Position numbers and translations under genes: made by a program
The notes under the pieces: generated by a model
Databases searched by the model: none
What the model was told of the DNA's origin: nothing
Seen by the model: the letters and a program-made list of their open reading frames with translations, nothing else
In this document: piece after piece, positions 15,404 to 23,850 of the stretch
Numbering within the stretch: position 1 is the first letter of the stretch
How the letters are laid out: every line of letters starts with the position of its first letter
From: a virus
Lineage: Duplodnaviria > Caudoviricetes
Direction: 5' to 3' (one strand)
Virus record (IMG/VR): IMGVR_UViG_3300036713_000524
Coordinates: 1-37,471 of that record
DNA length: 37,471 bases

Positions 15404-15462
15404 TCGCTGCCCTGCTTCCCAACGGCCGGCGATCGTCGCCGGCCGGCTTGCTCCCTCTTGCT
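15400..15462. repeat. 63-bp exact direct repeat with hairpin, copy 2
   Basis: Identical to 15112-15174. Includes the TAG stop of the upstream gene. Confidence 0.95.
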
Positions 15463-15475
15463 GGTCCTGTCTCCA

Positions 15476-15784
15476 ATGTCGCAAATGTCGACTCGACTTT
15501 TTGGCCGTCGTTTAATTCTCGATTGCTTGAATTCCATTTTCGTTTCGCTTGCTCACCTTCGGGTTCAAATGGACGCCCGGGCAGTTCCCGAGGAGCAAAA
15601 GAAAATTTCGCGTGAGCACTTCCGGCAGGTCGTTGGCCGTGCTGGAAAACTCGCCGATCTTGCAATGCTTCCCGGCGATCACCTGTCCCCCCGCGTATTT
15701 TACGATGCGTCCGCGCTGCTTGGCGCCGTGAACCGGACGCGGGAACGGCTGGCCAGTGAGGAGGCTTCCCGCAAAAAGGGCTAA
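15476..15784 (+). CDS. Hypothetical protein (~102 aa, MSQMSTRL...)
   Basis: ORF between the 63-bp repeat and promoter copy 11. Confidence 0.65.
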   Translation: MSQMSTRLFGRRLILDCLNSIFVSLAHLRVQMDARAVPEEQKKISREHFRQVVGRAGKLADLAMLPGDHLSPRVFYDASALLGAVNRTRERLASEEASRKKG

Positions 15785-15830
15785 ATATGCCCACGGTTGA
15801 CTTCCCTTGGCCGGATTCGGTGTGTATAAT
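15784..15830 (+). promoter_or_regulatory. Degenerate promoter repeat, copy 11
   Basis: TATGCCCAC-N25-GTGTGTATAAT is retained. The inner CCTTTCG/CGAAAGG arms are lost and the -35 is weak (TTCCCT). Confidence 0.75.
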
Positions 15831-15898
15831 AGGGGCATCGGCAATAGTCGCCGCCCCACTTGAACCTTCCCAAACCTTACCAACCCCCTGCAGATCCG

Positions 15899-16096
15899 AT
15901 GTCCAAGCAATCGCGACAAAATATCACCCAACCCGACGCCTGGCTGGAAGCCTGGAAAGCCCAGGCCAAAAAAGAAAAAAAGAACCTTTCCCAGTGGATC
16001 GGCGAAAAGTGCAACGCCGGCCTTCCCAAAAGAACGGCCGGCCGGCTCGTCGAGCGACGTGGACCCGGACGCGTAAAGACCGAATCCGCGGATTAA
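15899..16096 (+). CDS. Putative ribbon-helix-helix DNA-binding protein (65 aa)
   Basis: RQNITQP (strand), DAWLEAWKAQAKKE (helix), NLSQWIGEKCN (helix), then a basic tail RRGPGR. Confidence 0.65.
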   Translation: MSKQSRQNITQPDAWLEAWKAQAKKEKKNLSQWIGEKCNAGLPKRTAGRLVERRGPGRVKTESAD

Positions 16097-16169
16097 GCTT
16101 GCCCACGGCTGCTCCGCTGCTGTCTAAGGTGGAGCGATTCCATCTCACTCCTATTGTTGGACCGATCTG

Positions 16170-16361
16170 ATGATCACCACACCCGCGCTGCTGCTGCTCC
16201 TGCTTCTTGCTTTCACGTCGGTCGCCTCGCTGGCCGGCGCGGTTTTCAATTTTCGCCGCGATGCAAGTGCAGTTTTCTGGTTCTCCGTTCTGTCGCTGAT
16301 GGCCGGCGTGATCCCGCTCGCCTTGTTCGTTGTCGGTGCGATCAGTCTTTTGTTCCGTTAA
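16170..16361 (+). CDS. Small membrane protein (two hydrophobic segments)
   Basis: 63 aa, almost entirely hydrophobic, with a central RRD loop. Confidence 0.7.
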   Translation: MITTPALLLLLLLAFTSVASLAGAVFNFRRDASAVFWFSVLSLMAGVIPLALFVVGAISLLFR

Positions 16362-16440
16362 CCTGTCCCCCGCCAGGCATTGCTTGTCGCTGCTGCCTGG
16401 CTTCCAACCCCTGCGATGCTCCCTCTTAGGAAAAAACGAA

Positions 16441-17028
16441 ATGCACGAATTACGAATCGCCTTTTTGCTGTCGGCTGCCGTCGGCGCTGCCCTTTTCTGC
16501 AATAGCCCGGTAACGGCTCAATACCAGAACCCCGGCGACCTGCCTGACGCCCCGCTCAATCTGTCGCAGGCTCAGCTGGATGCCAGGGCGCCGATCGTCG
16601 AATCGATCAACGAAGCCCACGAAGCTTTCGACGAGGCTGTCCTTGCTCACGGTGAGCTAGTTTCAATCCTGGAACAACTACAGGATTTGCTTGCGAATAC
16701 GGACCCGGATTGTCCTGTCGTGCCCGCCATCGAAGATGCGATTGACGCCTTGCAAACCGAATCTGCCTCTTATCAGAATAGCGTTTTGCTCACTAGCACC
16801 CACCTGTCTTGGGTGTTTGCTTATAACATCACCGCTCAGGGCGACGCGTCTGCCCAAGGCTGGCAGAACCTTTACGCTTCGGCCCTTGGCGAGGCCAATA
16901 CGATCAAAGGTGTATCTCAAACGCTTCGCGGAAATCTGAACGCTTCCGTTAGCGTTGCTCAGTCGCTGCTTGATGCCTTGACCGCTCTGGTCAACGCTTG
17001 GGATGAGGACCAAGGTGGCGGATTCTAG
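16441..17028 (+). CDS. Secreted/periplasmic acidic helical protein (moron-like)
   Basis: AGGA before ATG 16441. Signal-peptide-like MHELRIAFLLSAAVGAALFCNSPVTA. Has its own terminator. Confidence 0.78.
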   Translation: MHELRIAFLLSAAVGAALFCNSPVTAQYQNPGDLPDAPLNLSQAQLDARAPIVESINEAHEAFDEAVLAHGELVSILEQLQDLLANTDPDCPVVPAIEDAIDALQTESASYQNSVLLTSTHLSWVFAYNITAQGDASAQGWQNLYASALGEANTIKGVSQTLRGNLNASVSVAQSLLDALTALVNAWDEDQGGGF

Positions 17029-17030
17029 TT

Positions 17031-17519
17031 TCAATCGGCCAGGGGAAGGGCAGTCGCTTCGGTGGCTGCCCTTTTTTTGTTTGGCCATCCGCAGTAGCTG
17101 CAGGCTGCCGGCTCGCGGTCCGGTTCGAAAAGGACGCGGCTGCAGTCCGGGCATTCAATCATCCGCCGTCCCCATTGCCCGATTGGGCATGCCGCGTAGG
17201 CAATCTTGATTCCGACGCTGACCTGGCAGTCGCGGTCCGGATGCTGCCGTTTGTATTCCACGCAAACCCCGGCTTCGTTCATCAGGCAAACGCCGCATAG
17301 CCTGGCTCGCTCTTGTTGATAAATCGGTGGCTTCGCTTGCCGGCATAGGTGATGGTAATTCTGCCCTCGGTTCTTCAGTGTCAGTCCGCAATCCTCGCAA
17401 TGGAAATCCTGCGCGATCTCCTGCTCGGTTCTCGCCGGTGGAACCAGGAGGGCTGCCCTTTCCTGGCTGTCGTCTCGCGGCTTCGGTGGTCGCTTTTTTG
17501 CTCCGCTGCAACACCCCAT
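17031..17519 (-). CDS. Cys-rich hypothetical protein, last gene of the tail operon
   Basis: MGCCSG, several CxxC pairs and a CPIGQW motif. Starts 3 bp after the upstream stop. Confidence 0.75.
   Translation of the reverse strand: MGCCSGAKKRPPKPRDDSQERAALLVPPARTEQEIAQDFHCEDCGLTLKNRGQNYHHLCRQAKPPIYQQERARLCGVCLMNEAGVCVEYKRQHPDRDCQVSVGIKIAYAACPIGQWGRRMIECPDCSRVLFEPDREPAACSYCGWPNKKRAATEATALPLAD
17046..17078 (+). terminator. Intrinsic terminator at the convergence of the two transcription directions
   Basis: AAGGGCAGTCGC-TTCG-GTGGCTGCCCTT followed by a T tract. Confidence 0.85.
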
Positions 17520-17521
17520 TC

Positions 17522-19162
17522 TTATACTCCCTGGCAGCAGGCGAGGGTGCTATCGTCGAGGCTTCGGAGGTCGCATAGCTCAATCGAATTGCATTCTCCC
17601 CCTAGCGGTGGATCATTGTAAATTTGATTGCAAATGCTGATCAGGTTTGTTGTGCCGGTGATGTAGCTAGTCTGATTCAAATCAGCCGATGCTACCACTT
17701 CGCCGTAAAGGGCTGCCAGTGCCGCTTCGACGATCCCACGCACTTCGTCATCGTTCGGGGCGCCGTCGAATGTTTCCGGGCAAACCGCCAGGAACCAAGT
17801 CACCAGCCTGGCTCCGTTTGCGTTGGTGCAGTCTTCGATGATCACACCGATCTGCTCCGCCCTGCCTGGTTCCCCCACGTAAAGGGTGCCAACGTCGACC
17901 GGTGGGTTCGGTGCCGTCGACGATTCCCCTGCTCCGTTTGCGAATTCTATCTGGAAAGAAAATATGGTTGAAATGGTGCAATCGCCGCAGCAGTCGATCT
18001 CTTCCGGGTTCGGGCATTCGTTGAATTGAAACGAAATCGAAAGGGTGACGTCCGGTGTCTCGCTCGTTACAACGGCCGTCACTGTTGGTGTCGTGACCTC
18101 CTCCTCTTCGCCGCAAGGGCTGAGGCATGGTGGCGAAGTGATTCCCCAATCAAACTTCAATGCTGCCGATGGCGCCGGGATTCGTGTTATGTCCGGGCAG
18201 GTCACTTGCTCCGCGTAGGCTGTTGGGTGACATGCCGTTGCTCCGGTCGCATCCGGTAGTGTCTGCCGTGGATGGAATTGTGAACCAAAGCCATCGATCC
18301 AGTTGATATGCGTCAGGCAAATGTCGGTGATGCTGGTTGAGTATTGAAGGTAGAAGTTTTTTGGCGGTCGTATATCGGAATCGATTTCGATCGGGTCATT
18401 CCGCTCGATCGTTTTCTTTACGGAATCAACGCCTTCGATATATCCTCGCATCGACCATCCGCTCGGGTCGTCGTCCCAGAAGGTGATTCCTTCCCGCGTC
18501 ACTTCTGGCCCGACCGGATAACCCTGGTCGATCAATTCATACTTGCAAGGCTCGCATTCTGTCTCGTATGGGCAGCAATCCGTTCCGGCCGGGATCGTCA
18601 CCTTTTCGCATAAGATTTCGATGAATTCCTCCGTCGGCTCTCCGACCTCCGTCCCGAATACGATGTCACCGTATTGCAACGGGTAATCCACGTAGCATTC
18701 GGTCCAGGTCAGGTCAGCCGTTGCATCCGGTGTGGTCGATTCCCAAATCCACCAATTCGCCCCGCAATGCAAATCGCCGCCGCTGGCTTCGCCGTGGGCA
18801 TCGTGTAGCCAGTCGCGGTCATGCCAAAGGTGCCAGAAAAAGGTCGATCCCACGTTGAACGGCGACTTTAGCGTTGCTTTCAGTTTCAGTTTGTCATCGT
18901 TGCAAAATAGCCGGCTGAATTTGGTCGGCATGACCAAAACAACGGCGAGGACGGCTGTCTCCATTACCAGGTCGCCGTCGCTGTTGAATTCGCCGGTGAT
19001 TATGTTCTGGCAGCAATCGATGCAGCATTTACATTCTTCGTCGCCGTATTCGAACGCCACCTTCTGGCCGTCTCGCTCCGCGTCCTGCAGAAGTCCAATC
19101 ATCTCGCCATTTACAATTCGGCCGGCCAGCCTTCGGTTGGTCACGGCAGCAAATCCTCGCAA
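17522..19162 (-). CDS. Cys-rich acidic putative distal tail/adhesion protein
   Basis: 546 aa with repeated CC motifs (CKCCIDCC, DCCPYETECEPC, DCCGDC), located at the end of the tail module. Confidence 0.7.
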   Translation of the reverse strand: MRGFAAVTNRRLAGRIVNGEMIGLLQDAERDGQKVAFEYGDEECKCCIDCCQNIITGEFNSDGDLVMETAVLAVVLVMPTKFSRLFCNDDKLKLKATLKSPFNVGSTFFWHLWHDRDWLHDAHGEASGGDLHCGANWWIWESTTPDATADLTWTECYVDYPLQYGDIVFGTEVGEPTEEFIEILCEKVTIPAGTDCCPYETECEPCKYELIDQGYPVGPEVTREGITFWDDDPSGWSMRGYIEGVDSVKKTIERNDPIEIDSDIRPPKNFYLQYSTSITDICLTHINWIDGFGSQFHPRQTLPDATGATACHPTAYAEQVTCPDITRIPAPSAALKFDWGITSPPCLSPCGEEEEVTTPTVTAVVTSETPDVTLSISFQFNECPNPEEIDCCGDCTISTIFSFQIEFANGAGESSTAPNPPVDVGTLYVGEPGRAEQIGVIIEDCTNANGARLVTWFLAVCPETFDGAPNDDEVRGIVEAALAALYGEVVASADLNQTSYITGTTNLISICNQIYNDPPLGGECNSIELCDLRSLDDSTLACCQGV

Positions 19163-20739
19163 TCGCCAAATGGGATGCAGGTCGTCTTGTCTTCATCCAC
19201 TACGCTGCAAACCGTAATCTTCCGCAAGGGCAGGCACTTGTCGACCGTTCCATCCGGGTTGATTACGTCAAAGAATCCGTCAATTGCGACGTCCAATTCA
19301 ATCATCGTTTGCTTGATTTGCACGATCCGGTATTGGTGATCTTCCGGTGAATAATCGGCTTTGAAACAAACCCGCTCATTCGGGTCCACGCATTCAGGTG
19401 TGCAACCCAAAACAAACGGCGGGTTGTTCCCCGCGCGAGGGTCGCCGCCGTCGTAATATTTCGTTGGGCTGACCGTCGCAATGTCCGTGCCCACGATTGT
19501 CCCCTCGCAATGCCTCGCGATCGGCTCTTCGACTTCGACTAGTTGCCATTCGACCGTTGGCGATTCTAGGTTCGCTTTATTCAAAAGGACGTTTTCAGGA
19601 TCGGTGAATCCGTCCCCAGTCACTCGTTGAAGGATGACGCTCCGGTATTCCTGGCCGCCTGTCCCGCTTCCCGCTCCGCCACTGTAGATTGGCCCGATCG
19701 CGTCTTTTAGAAACGGGTTCTTAAATTGAACCAATAGCCGGCTGGATGCCGGCTGCAGCGGATTCCCTTGCTGGCCGATCGCGGTGAATTCGTTGGGCTG
19801 ATCCGAGTTCGGCCAGGTCGATCGCTTCCACGCCACTTCATCGGCTGGCTGGACGGATTCTAATTTGTTGTTCGTCCGGATGTAGGCGACTCCGCCCGCT
19901 GCTGTCTTCAGAATATGCTGACCGATGAACGCCCGCACTCGGTTGACCGGTAACGTGATCTGCTCGATCTGCCAGGCCGGTGGCCGGTTGGCCGGTAGCG
20001 TTGGGTGATTCGCCTTCAATCGGCCAGGAAGGAGGAACGCCATTCCCGTTGCGAACGCGTCTGCTTCCGGCCATTCGTTGTTAATGTCGTCGAGGATTAC
20101 CGTGTCCCCGATCTGCAATTGCTGGCCGGTCTGCAAATTGAACGCCAGCCCCAAAACCTCGACCACTTCTGCCCAGCATTGGCGGTCCGTCATTTTGGTT
20201 ATCGTCTTAAATCGGATCCGGCCGGCCGGTGGTTCTTGGCCGGGGCTGCCGATGAACATCCGGTGCGTATCGACGCGGCTCAAAAGGTCCGGCCCCGCGT
20301 AGACAATAAACCCAATCTGCGATGGTGCCGCGTCCCAAGAACCAATTTGCGGTGCGTATCGGTCCCCAGGCTGCCCGAGTGTGCCTCGAACCCTCACCTC
20401 CGGTCCCGCGAAGCATTGCCCCTCTGCGCCCGGCTCCGTCGCAGTGTGGCCGTTCACAACGTACCAGCCGTTGTCTCCGGTGATGTCCGTTGGTCGCTTG
20501 CATTCCAGGTAGGTTTTGTCGCCGTCGAGCAGATAGGTGTCCGTCACCTGCATCAAAGCATAGGGGGGCGCCTTTTCCGTGTCTCCGTTCCGGAAGAACA
20601 GGCGAGTGTACCCTGGCCCCGCTTGTGTGCGAGGTGCCCAGGGCGTCTTGGTGTGCGATCCCGCTTCCAACGCAGCAAGCCTGGCAAGGATCTGCTGCGC
20701 TGTTGTAACGGTGAACGCTCCGATTTGCTCTCTTGCCAT
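19141..20739 (-). CDS. Putative minor tail protein
   Basis: 532 aa, beta/Gly/Pro-rich, downstream of the tape measure gene. Assignment is by synteny only. Confidence 0.65.
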   Translation of the reverse strand: MAREQIGAFTVTTAQQILARLAALEAGSHTKTPWAPRTQAGPGYTRLFFRNGDTEKAPPYALMQVTDTYLLDGDKTYLECKRPTDITGDNGWYVVNGHTATEPGAEGQCFAGPEVRVRGTLGQPGDRYAPQIGSWDAAPSQIGFIVYAGPDLLSRVDTHRMFIGSPGQEPPAGRIRFKTITKMTDRQCWAEVVEVLGLAFNLQTGQQLQIGDTVILDDINNEWPEADAFATGMAFLLPGRLKANHPTLPANRPPAWQIEQITLPVNRVRAFIGQHILKTAAGGVAYIRTNNKLESVQPADEVAWKRSTWPNSDQPNEFTAIGQQGNPLQPASSRLLVQFKNPFLKDAIGPIYSGGAGSGTGGQEYRSVILQRVTGDGFTDPENVLLNKANLESPTVEWQLVEVEEPIARHCEGTIVGTDIATVSPTKYYDGGDPRAGNNPPFVLGCTPECVDPNERVCFKADYSPEDHQYRIVQIKQTMIELDVAIDGFFDVINPDGTVDKCLPLRKITVCSVVDEDKTTCIPFGDCEDLLP

Positions 20740-20743
20740 CGAA

Positions 20744-21160
20744 TCAAGGAACCTGCGACCCGGTGGCTTTCATCACCAACTCGATCTCGTTTGCGAGCGA
20801 CGCGGTTCCGATATGGGTGACCCAGTCGCCTGTCGCAAGATCGGCAATCGGCGCAATGCCTCCGGCTGTCCCCGATACAACGTAGGACGAACCGACTCCG
20901 AGGGTTGCCCCCAGGTCGATCTTTGCTCCGGCGACCGCCATCGAAAAGTATTCATCCGCCGCTGCTGGCGACATGCAAATTCCAACGGCTGCCGCGTTGA
21001 CCAATCCGGCATCCGCGTCTGCCTTGTAATACTTGCCGGCCGAAAGGTAAACCGGCTGCCCTTGCGTCAGGGCTTCGCCGGCAAGAACCGTCTGAAGAAC
21101 GGTGGCGGATGAATTCGCGGTGAGCCCCACGTTGGCTGCTGTTTGTGTGATATCGACCAT
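20744..21160 (-). CDS. Small virion structural protein (decoration/cement-like fold)
   Basis: AGEALTQGQPVY..YYKADAD..AVGI pattern, Ala/Gly-rich. Confidence 0.6.
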   Translation of the reverse strand: MVDITQTAANVGLTANSSATVLQTVLAGEALTQGQPVYLSAGKYYKADADAGLVNAAAVGICMSPAAADEYFSMAVAGAKIDLGATLGVGSSYVVSGTAGGIAPIADLATGDWVTHIGTASLANEIELVMKATGSQVP

Positions 21161-22047
21161 CAGAATAATCCTAGCGCTGAATAGGGGAGGGCTGTTAGTT
21201 CGGTCTGCTCTACAAAATGAGCATTCCTGTCATTTGGTTCTCTCGTTCCGTCTACCTTTAGCAAAATCGGCGACGTTACCGGATCGCCATTTTCGTCCGG
21301 TGCATTAATAACTCGGCCAAGGTCATTCCGCATTTTGAATCCTTCGTTCCGAAACCTTTTCCACCATGCGTGCAATGGCTGCACCCGATAAGGAAATCTG
21401 AACGTCACTTCCGCCTGGACCTTCCAGTATCCTCCGCCCGGTGCCTCCTGCGCGAAGACCTCCTCTGGATCAAATCGGGTTAGCCTCGCCAAGCCTGGTC
21501 CAAACATGCCGGCCGTCGTGATGATGTTGTCGCTGTTGTAGGCGTGATAATACGCTTGCAACTGTGCCAGGTTAAATGCTCCGAAAGCGTAATTCCTTTC
21601 GATAAACGCGACTCGATCAAAAACTTTAGCAGTCAAGCCGATTACTGGTTCGCCGACCGTATTTGCAAAAGGACGGCCGTTGATGTCTTCGTCGATCGGT
21701 TCATCGCTTGAAATGGTTCCCCACTTCACCGTCGGTGGGATTCCTGTCGGTGAATCGCCCAGGCCATCCGGCCCGATCTCGCCTTCCCACTTGATGATCG
21801 CAATTCCGTAGTTGGGCGAAATCCTTTCCGGCTGCTTGTCGACCACTCTGATCTGGCTTGATCCAGGGTACAGTTCACCGATGTCCGGCAGCCCAGCCGC
21901 TTCCGCGATGTCGGTCACGTCATCGGTTGGATCCATTGTTACCGAATAGCCTTTCGTGATGGTCGCTTTTTTGTTGCGTCCTCCGTCCTGGCTGCTGATC
22001 GATCCCCTGGATCGGCTCCACATCTCTTCGGCTGCGCTTACTGTCAT
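21160..22047 (-). CDS. Putative tail hub/distal tail protein
   Basis: 295 aa immediately after the tape measure gene, with overlapping start/stop. Confidence 0.6.
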   Translation of the reverse strand: MTVSAAEEMWSRSRGSISSQDGGRNKKATITKGYSVTMDPTDDVTDIAEAAGLPDIGELYPGSSQIRVVDKQPERISPNYGIAIIKWEGEIGPDGLGDSPTGIPPTVKWGTISSDEPIDEDINGRPFANTVGEPVIGLTAKVFDRVAFIERNYAFGAFNLAQLQAYYHAYNSDNIITTAGMFGPGLARLTRFDPEEVFAQEAPGGGYWKVQAEVTFRFPYRVQPLHAWWKRFRNEGFKMRNDLGRVINAPDENGDPVTSPILLKVDGTREPNDRNAHFVEQTELTALPYSALGLF

Positions 22048-23528
22048 TTGATTATCTTCACGATCAATTCGTCGGAAAGTATTTGTTCGTTTTTTCTTGC
22101 TTCCGCATCTTCGGCCAGCTTGATCAATCTTAAGCGATGCTTCTCTGCTCGCTCTGCTTTTTTCGCAAGCTTGCGTTGCTGTTCCAGCGATTCGTTTTTT
22201 GCTCCGCCCCTGCCCCCTAGCAGCCGTCCCTCACTTGCGAATAGCTGAAACGATTCAGCCGCGATTTGTTTTCCTTTTTTGTCGGATTCCGCGTCTGTCT
22301 TCGCTTTGCCGTCTTTGGTTGTAACTGAATTCGGATTCATTATCGCAAACAATTGGAGGGCTGCCGCCGTCTTGGCTTGCCTAACCATGTCCTTGCCGAC
22401 CGCTCCGATCGCTTCGCCTTGTTTTTTCAACGGGTCGAAAAAGCTTTTCTTTATTGCTTCCGTGAATTTTCCGGCTTGTCCAGGATCGGCTGCCTGGTCA
22501 TCGATGATCTTCTGCCGTTGGGCTGCAACTAGCTGCTCCCTGGTCTTTTGTTTCCTGGCAGCATCTTCCGCTTTCCCGTTCACGATATTCATGAACGGAT
22601 CCTCCCGGCCGTTCCCGCCGATGACCGGTGCAACGTCTGAAAATAGAAACGGCATTGACGCGAGCATTGCGACAAGGTTTTTTCGGCCCTCTTCGATGTG
22701 GCCCAAAATCGATTTGCCGCCGTCCTCGCTTGTGGCGTTCAGCCAGGCAAAGGCATCGGTTAACGCGTCGATCGCGGGTATCAAAAGAAAAGTGATTTCG
22801 GTTGCAATGCTGCCGAAGGTCGCTTTCAGTTCAAACATCGCATCGTTGGCTGCTTCGACCTTGTTTGCCTCCAAATCGCTAAACGTCAAACCTAGCGACT
22901 CCGCCTTTTGTTGCATCTGGTCGATTGCCTCGCTGCCGCCCGATAGCGTTGTCGCAAGGGCAGCCCCTTCGGTGTCGAATAGCTGGAACGAAAGCAGAAG
23001 TTTGTCCGCTGGATTCTCCAATTCCTTCATTGCATCCGAAATGTCGCGGAATGCCGCAGCTGGCCCTTTCGCGTTCAACTCTTCCGCCGATAGCCCGACT
23101 TTTTTCAATGCCGCTCGGACGCCACTTAGCTTGACAACCTGGCCGTCCATCGAAAGCGAGAAATCTTTTGACTTGCTTGCCGCGTCTGCTAGTCGCCTAG
23201 TCATCCGTTGAAGAGCAACGTCGACCTGGCCTTCCGCCATGCCTGACATCTCCGCCGCCGCAAATCGAATGCCGATCAGGTCTTTTGTTAAAAGTCCAAG
23301 CTTGCGCGATGTCTTGGCGATCTTATCGATTCGCTCCAGTTCGTCTCCGACCTTTCGAAGGCTGGCCGTCACTAAACTAAAGCCTAGAAATGCCTTGACC
23401 GAGTTGGCCGCGGATTTGCTCAACTTGTTCATCCGCTTGTCCATTTTGTCGACGCGTTTATCTAGACGGTCGAGAACGACTCCCGCCTTGTCTTTCGCTC
23501 CGATATCAATTTGGACGTCGTTTGACAT
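22044..23528 (-). CDS. Tail tape measure protein (short, ~494 aa)
   Basis: N-terminal VQIDIGAKDKA, Ala/Leu/Lys-rich helices, IDKIAKTSRKLG...ALQRMTRRLADAA. Follows the chaperone genes. Confidence 0.85.
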   Translation of the reverse strand: MSNDVQIDIGAKDKAGVVLDRLDKRVDKMDKRMNKLSKSAANSVKAFLGFSLVTASLRKVGDELERIDKIAKTSRKLGLLTKDLIGIRFAAAEMSGMAEGQVDVALQRMTRRLADAASKSKDFSLSMDGQVVKLSGVRAALKKVGLSAEELNAKGPAAAFRDISDAMKELENPADKLLLSFQLFDTEGAALATTLSGGSEAIDQMQQKAESLGLTFSDLEANKVEAANDAMFELKATFGSIATEITFLLIPAIDALTDAFAWLNATSEDGGKSILGHIEEGRKNLVAMLASMPFLFSDVAPVIGGNGREDPFMNIVNGKAEDAARKQKTREQLVAAQRQKIIDDQAADPGQAGKFTEAIKKSFFDPLKKQGEAIGAVGKDMVRQAKTAAALQLFAIMNPNSVTTKDGKAKTDAESDKKGKQIAAESFQLFASEGRLLGGRGGAKNESLEQQRKLAKKAERAEKHRLRLIKLAEDAEARKNEQILSDELIVKIIK

Positions 23529-23529
23529 T

Positions 23530-23850
23530 TTATTCCCTGGCAATTCTCATGGATTCGTAGTTAAGCCGATGGGTCAATTTCGTCAACCAGGAGGGCTGAT
23601 CCAAAACGCCCCCCGCCACTAACAAGTTTCCGTCGTTGCACATCGACGCAATCTGTATTTCGTTACCAAGTTCACCCGCGTATTGCATTGGGCAACCTGG
23701 CAATTGAAAACTTCCGGTCCCCCCGCATGCGTTGCATCCCTCCTCTTCGCATGTCGGGCAGGCCACGCTCACGAGCCCTCTCCCTGGCTTGCAATCTTTG
23801 ACGCACCCCTGGCAAAGTTTCCCGGCGCGTATCAGCGAGGCCACCCTTAC
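23530..23850 (-). CDS. Tail assembly chaperone -1 frameshift extension (gpT-like), Cys-rich
   Basis: The -1 frame after A AAA AAG reads KKVRVASLIRAGKLCQGC...CPTC..GCNACGGTG..GGVLDQP and ends just before the tape measure start. Confidence 0.75.
   Translation of the reverse strand, partial: VRVASLIRAGKLCQGCVKDCKPGRGLVSVACPTCEEEGCNACGGTGSFQLPGCPMQYAGELGNEIQIASMCNDGNLLVAGGVLDQPSWLTKLTHRLNYESMRIARE

Noticed and set aside
9963-15830. Repeat array as a CRISPR array
   Set aside because: The intervening segments are mostly 300-950 bp, variable and protein-coding. The repeats occur in both orientations and contain promoter boxes. No cas genes are present.
16170-16361. Holin call for the two-TM protein
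   Set aside because: There is no adjacent endolysin and it is on the strand opposite the late genes, so it is kept as a generic membrane protein.
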